Source: Halarcobacter sp. (lineage in GTDB: Bacteria; Campylobacterota; Campylobacteria; Campylobacterales; Arcobacteraceae). From it: DNA of 64,000 nucleotides. Both the position numbers and the translations under genes were made by a program. The stretch is taken from positions 3,360,001 to 3,424,000 of the forward strand of contig CP182352.1 in the NCBI GenBank assembly GCA_048571215.1. The letters are read 5' to 3'. Shown here in pieces: positions 59,533 through 64,000 of the stretch (within the stretch, counting starts at the first letter, position 1; every line of letters begins with the position of its first letter). Under the pieces are notes generated by a model. The model had not been told where the DNA came from, did not search any database, and was given only the letters and a program-made list of their open reading frames with translations.

Positions 59533-61389
59533 CCTCATACTAATATACATATGAATAATATCAATAGCAGCTGGAGTTACTCCTGAAATTTCACTTGCAT
59601 TGAAAAGTGTTGGTGGATTAAACTTTTCTAGTTTTTCAACTACTTCATTTGATAATCCTGGAATATCTTTAAAGTTAAAGTTTTCCGGGATTTTCAATTG
59701 AAGCATTTTTTTCATTTTTTCTATTTGTTTTTTTTGTTTTGCTACATATCTATAATATTTTGCTTCGATAATGATTTGCTCTTTTAGATAGTCTTCTGTA
59801 TTGGCTAAGCTTGGAACTAACTTATCAAATTTTTCTTTATCAACGGTATTTCTTCCCACTATATCAATAAGAAGTGCTCTGTCTTTGATTTTGTCTTCAC
59901 CTAAACTTTCAAGTAGTTCTAGGTTCTCTTTTTTTGAGGTAAACCATTCGTTTGCCATAAATTCAACTGCATTTTGTAGTACCTCTTTTTTGTGTTCTAC
60001 TTTTTGTAGTTGTTCTTGTGAAACTAGTCCAAGCTCATATCCATATTTTGATAGTCTCATATCTGCACTCTCTTCTCTTAGAAGAAGTCTATATTCAGCA
60101 CGGCTTGTAAACATTCTATATGGTTCATTTGTTCCTTTTGTAACTAAATCATCAATCAAAACTCCAATATATGCTTCATCTCTTCTTAGGATAAAAGGCT
60201 CTTTCCCATCAATTGCCAGACAAGCATTTATCCCTGCCATAAGCCCTTGTGATGCTGCCTCCTCATATCCTGTTGTTGCATTGATTTGTCCCGCATGGTA
60301 AAGGTTAGATATCTTTTTTGTTTCAAGGGTATGCTTCAATTCAGTTGGATCAACATAATCATATTCTATAGCATATCCATATCTTATGATTTTTGCATTT
60401 TCTAAACCTTGTATTGAGTGTATCATCTCTTTTTGTACATCAATTGGTAAAGAGGTACTTAGTCCATTTATATAGTACTCTGTTTTCATTGCTGTTTGTG
60501 GTTCTAAAAACAGTTGGTGTCTTTCTCTCTCGCTAAATCTACTTATTTTGTCTTCAATACTTGGACAATATCTAGGACCTCTACCTTCTATTTGACCTGT
60601 AAACATTGGAGCTCTATGGAAGTTACTTGAGATTTTATCATGGGTGTTTAGGTTTGTATATGTTATAAAACATGGATGTTGTGTTGGCTTGAAGTTTGAT
60701 TTATCTGTTCTAAATGAAAAAGGTGTTGGCTCTTCATCCCCTCCATGGGCATCCATAACATCAAAGTTAATAGAGCTTGCATCTATTCTTGCAGGTGTTC
60801 CTGTTTTTAGTCTTCCTACTTTTAGTCCTAACTCTTTTAACTGTATAGATAAGGTTGAAGATGGTAGTTCCCAAGCTCTTCCTGCATCATATTTGTTTTC
60901 CCCTATATGGATAAGTCCTTTCATAAAAGTACCTGTAGTTATGATAACTTTTTTACTTTCAAATACTTCACCAAGTTTTGTTTTTACTCCATAAACTTCA
61001 TTTTCATTTTTAACTAAAAGTGAAGATACTTCATCTTGATAAACTTCTAAGTTAGGAGTATTATGACAAACTTTTCTCATATACTCTCTATATTTATCCA
61101 TATCGATTTGTGCACGACTTCCTTGTACTGCTGCACCTTTTGAGGCATTTAGAACTCTAAATTGTATACCTGTTGCATCAGTACAAAGTCCCATCTCTCC
61201 ACCTAGTGCATCAAGCTCTCTTACTAGGTGACCTTTTGCAAGACCACCAATAGCAGGATTACAAGAAGCAGCTCCTATTTGTTCAACAAGCATAGTAATA
61301 AGTAGGGTTTTTTTACCCATTCTTGCACTTGCTAAACTAGCTTCTATCCCAGCGTGTCCACCGCCGACGACTATTACATCATATTTCAT
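59518..61389 (-). CDS. mnmG: tRNA uridine-34 5-carboxymethylaminomethyl modification enzyme MnmG/GidA
   Basis: [47 protein letters not shown]. Confidence 0.98.
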   Translation of the reverse strand: MKYDVIVVGGGHAGIEASLASARMGKKTLLITMLVEQIGAASCNPAIGGLAKGHLVRELDALGGEMGLCTDATGIQFRVLNASKGAAVQGSRAQIDMDKYREYMRKVCHNTPNLEVYQDEVSSLLVKNENEVYGVKTKLGEVFESKKVIITTGTFMKGLIHIGENKYDAGRAWELPSSTLSIQLKELGLKVGRLKTGTPARIDASSINFDVMDAHGGDEEPTPFSFRTDKSNFKPTQHPCFITYTNLNTHDKISSNFHRAPMFTGQIEGRGPRYCPSIEDKISRFSERERHQLFLEPQTAMKTEYYINGLSTSLPIDVQKEMIHSIQGLENAKIIRYGYAIEYDYVDPTELKHTLETKKISNLYHAGQINATTGYEEAASQGLMAGINACLAIDGKEPFILRRDEAYIGVLIDDLVTKGTNEPYRMFTSRAEYRLLLREESADMRLSKYGYELGLVSQEQLQKVEHKKEVLQNAVEFMANEWFTSKKENLELLESLGEDKIKDRALLIDIVGRNTVDKEKFDKLVPSLANTEDYLKEQIIIEAKYYRYVAKQKKQIEKMKKMLQLKIPENFNFKDIPGLSNEVVEKLEKFNPPTLFNASEISGVTPAAIDIIHMYISMRCQKK

Positions 61390-61745
61390 TTTTTTCCTTA
61401 AAATAGTCCCTGTTTTTTAGGACTTTAATCTAATGAGCTCTTTTAAGAGGATGGCTTTAGCATCTTTAAAGAGAACAACGAATTGTTTTTTTATTATTTA
61501 GGAAATCTCTTAGATAAATGTTTTCTTCCACTTATCTAAAAGATTTACAAAATTACTATCTTAATAAATTTTTGGTATTATATCACATTGAAGTTAGTTA
61601 ATACTTTATATTAGAAATTACAAAGAACAATTCATTGTTCTCTTTAGCTTTTTCCTTCTTTTTAACAAAATTTATTTTTGCACTATAAAAAGAAGAGATA
61701 TAATAACTGCTCCCTTTTTTAATGGGACATTTTAAAAGGACACAT

Positions 61746-62360
61746 TTGTTTACAGGTTTGATTAGAGAACTAGCTGATGTTATTAGTCTAAAAAACAATT
61801 TTTTAACTCTAAAGGCAAAATATACACCCAAAATAGGTGATTCTATCGCTGTTAATGGAGCTTGTTTAACTGTTGTTAGGCTTAGCTCTGATACTTTTAC
61901 AGTTGAGCTTTCACCTGAGACACAAAAAATCTTGGCTATGGAAAACTATAGAGGAAAGGTTCATATAGAACCTGCTATGATGATGGGTGATAGGTTTGAA
62001 GGACATATTGTCCAAGGTCATGTGGATTGTTTAGGGACAATAAAAACCATCACAAAGAGTGGAAATTCAACTGATTATATAATCTCACTTCCAAATGAAT
62101 ATTCAAAATATATTATTCCAAAGGGGAGTGTAACTATAGATGGGGTTTCACTTACTGTAAATGAGGTGATGAAAGACTCTTTTAGACTTACGATTATTCC
62201 ACATACTATTGAAAATACACTTTTTAGAACTTATAAAATAGGTTCAAAAGTGAATCTCGAAACCGATATGTTTGCCCGATATATTTATAATATGTTTAAA
62301 GGTGGTAAGGATAGTGGATTGACTTGGGATAAGGTTGATTCTATTATGGCTTCGTATTGA
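61746..62360 (+). CDS. ribE: Riboflavin synthase alpha subunit
   Basis: TTG start gives MFTGLIRE; GDSIAVNGACLTV, GHIVQGHVD, KGSVTIDGVSLTV. Confidence 0.95.
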   Translation: MFTGLIRELADVISLKNNFLTLKAKYTPKIGDSIAVNGACLTVVRLSSDTFTVELSPETQKILAMENYRGKVHIEPAMMMGDRFEGHIVQGHVDCLGTIKTITKSGNSTDYIISLPNEYSKYIIPKGSVTIDGVSLTVNEVMKDSFRLTIIPHTIENTLFRTYKIGSKVNLETDMFARYIYNMFKGGKDSGLTWDKVDSIMASY

Positions 62361-63114
62361 TATTGTTTTTTCTGTAGATAAAAAAGTTTTCCTCTTTTAG
62401 AACATGGGCATAGGGTTTTATTAAAGCTTCTTGCATATCTTGCATTTTGTTTACAGATACCACTTCTCCAACTAAAAGGCCCTCAAAAAATGTATTATCC
62501 ATACCAGAGGTTGTCACTATATCCCCTTCTTTTATAGAGTAGATAATAGGAATATATTTTACCATTAACAAACCATGTTCTTTTGAAGGGTGTACAATAC
62601 CTGGAGCTTTATTATTTCCAATAAATACAGCATAGTTACACTTTTCATTTCCATTTAAAAGTGCTTTTGCTCTGTTGTTATCATTTACTACAATTCCAGC
62701 TGCAAAGTTTCCTGAGATAAGACCTAGGATTTTGCTATCTTCCATTTTATAATCTAACCAAACTTTTGTAAAATCATCAAAATTGATATATGATAAAACA
62801 TGAGCAAACTTTACTTTCTCCTCATATTTTTTTTCTATATTTAGTGTTTGTTTTATATTATCTAATCTATTTTTTGCTGATAAGTAAAGAATTTTGTAAT
62901 TTTTTAGTGCCTCATTCTCTTTTTTTAATTCTTGAATAGTTGTTGCTTGATAAAAATATTTTTGTGTTGTATTCATTATTGAAATAGAAGTATCTATATA
63001 GAGTTTTTTTATTGAGTTAAAAGGATTTAGATTTGTTGCAATTAGTCTATCCACTTCAAATACATAAGCTAAACTAACTGCAACAAAAAGAAGAAAAAAA
63101 ATGAATTTATTCAT
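62344..63114 (-). CDS. mreC: Rod shape-determining protein MreC
   Basis: N-terminal TM, coiled coil, GDIVTTSGMD; downstream of mreB. Confidence 0.9.
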   Translation of the reverse strand: MNKFIFFLLFVAVSLAYVFEVDRLIATNLNPFNSIKKLYIDTSISIMNTTQKYFYQATTIQELKKENEALKNYKILYLSAKNRLDNIKQTLNIEKKYEEKVKFAHVLSYINFDDFTKVWLDYKMEDSKILGLISGNFAAGIVVNDNNRAKALLNGNEKCNYAVFIGNNKAPGIVHPSKEHGLLMVKYIPIIYSIKEGDIVTTSGMDNTFFEGLLVGEVVSVNKMQDMQEALIKPYAHVLKEENFFIYRKNNINTKP

Positions 63115-64000
63115 TAGTAATTAATTTTAATAAGTCATCCTGATCTAATACATTGCTTGTACCATAAGCTACTGCTAATAAAGGCTCTTCAGCAACTTTT
63201 ACTGGTAGTTTAATAATATCCGATAGATATTTATCTAAACCACGAATTAATGCACCACCACCTGTTAGGATTACACCATTATCAACAATATCTCCTGCTA
63301 AATCTGGTGGCATATCTTCAAGCACTGATCTAACTGCTGATACAATCTCTCTTAGTGGTTCTTTTATAGCAGTTCTAACCCCTTCACTTCCAAGTTCAAT
63401 AGTTGAAAGAAGTCCAGAGTTGTCTCTACCTTTTACTTTTATCTTAAGCTCTTGGTCTTGTTTTATAGCTGAACCTATCTCTATTTTGATATTTTCTGCT
63501 GTTCTTTCCCCAATATATAGATTGTAGTTTTGTCTAACATAATCAATAATTGATTTATCAAACTTATCACCAGCCACTTTTATTGATTTTGAAAGTACAA
63601 GTCCACCAAGAGAAGTAACTCCAATCTCAGTAGTACCTCCACCAATATCAACTACCACATAACCAGATGGATCAGCAACAGGGATACCAGCACCAATAGC
63701 TGCTGCCATAGGCTCTTCTACTAAGAAAACCTCTCTAGCACCAGCACTAATAGCTGATTCTTTTACCGCTTTTCTCTCAACTTGAGTAATACCAAATGGG
63801 ATACAGATAATTATTCTAGGTCTTATAAATGATTTTCTTGCATGAGCTTTTTCAATAAAATATCTTATCATCATTTCAGTCATCTCAAAATCTGCAATAA
63901 CACCATCTTTCATAGGACGTACAGCTTGAATATTTAGAGGTGTTTTACCAATCATTTGTTTAGCTTCTTGACCAACTGCTAATATTCTATCTTTCCCATA
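63107..64000 (-). CDS. mreB: Rod shape-determining protein MreB (5' end outside window)
   Basis: RPMKDGVIADF, EEPMAAAIGAG, DIGGGTTE, LTGGGALIRG. Confidence 0.97.
   Translation of the reverse strand, partial: YGKDRILAVGQEAKQMIGKTPLNIQAVRPMKDGVIADFEMTEMMIRYFIEKAHARKSFIRPRIIICIPFGITQVERKAVKESAISAGAREVFLVEEPMAAAIGAGIPVADPSGYVVVDIGGGTTEIGVTSLGGLVLSKSIKVAGDKFDKSIIDYVRQNYNLYIGERTAENIKIEIGSAIKQDQELKIKVKGRDNSGLLSTIELGSEGVRTAIKEPLREIVSAVRSVLEDMPPDLAGDIVDNGVILTGGGALIRGLDKYLSDIIKLPVKVAEEPLLAVAYGTSNVLDQDDLLKLITNE

Noticed and set aside
61560..61745. FMN riboswitch upstream of riboflavin synthase
   Set aside because: Conserved RFN sequence blocks are not visible.
405..61831. Short antisense or overlapping ORFs in the track (e.g. 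405..638, 2655..2954, 6616..6930, 36111..36413, 41705..41959, 53274..53705, 59801..60301, 61598..61831)
   Set aside because: They shadow well-supported genes or intergenic DNA and have no motifs or RBS.

Overview
Very AT-rich, epsilonproteobacterial-looking DNA (an Arcobacter-like host is inferred from protein style only). Core genes flank the window: partial ycaO and a hypothetical gene on the left; mnmG/gidA, riboflavin synthase, mreC and mreB on the right. Between them lies a ~58 kb island built from serial and nested Tn7-like insertions at the extreme 3' end of mnmG. The 5-mer CCTCA (inside the mnmG Met-Arg codons) recurs next to TGT/ACA transposon termini at 11340-11344, 16864-16868 and 59533-59537. 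A younger 30.8 kb element (28638-59424; tnsA-tnsB-tnsC-tniQ plus an inverted tnsE-like gene) sits inside the previous one with a perfect AATGA duplication. The transposon end supplies the last codons and stop of mnmG. Cargo is mostly conflict-related: HsdM/HsdS with an MTase-fold-McrB and McrC-HEPN-like pair, GmrSD-like nuclease, QatABCD, Sir2-HerA, a Lit-like peptidase with a small membrane protein, TIR-NACHT, MORC plus C5 MTase, and a teneurin-like RHS toxin with immunity cassettes. Other cargo includes a radical SAM/2OG-Fe RiPP-like trio, a mobile PglB glycosylation module, a CsgG-like secretion module, a KefC antiporter and IS256 copies. No CRISPR array, tRNA or rRNA was seen. All family calls come from motif reading by eye, not database searches.
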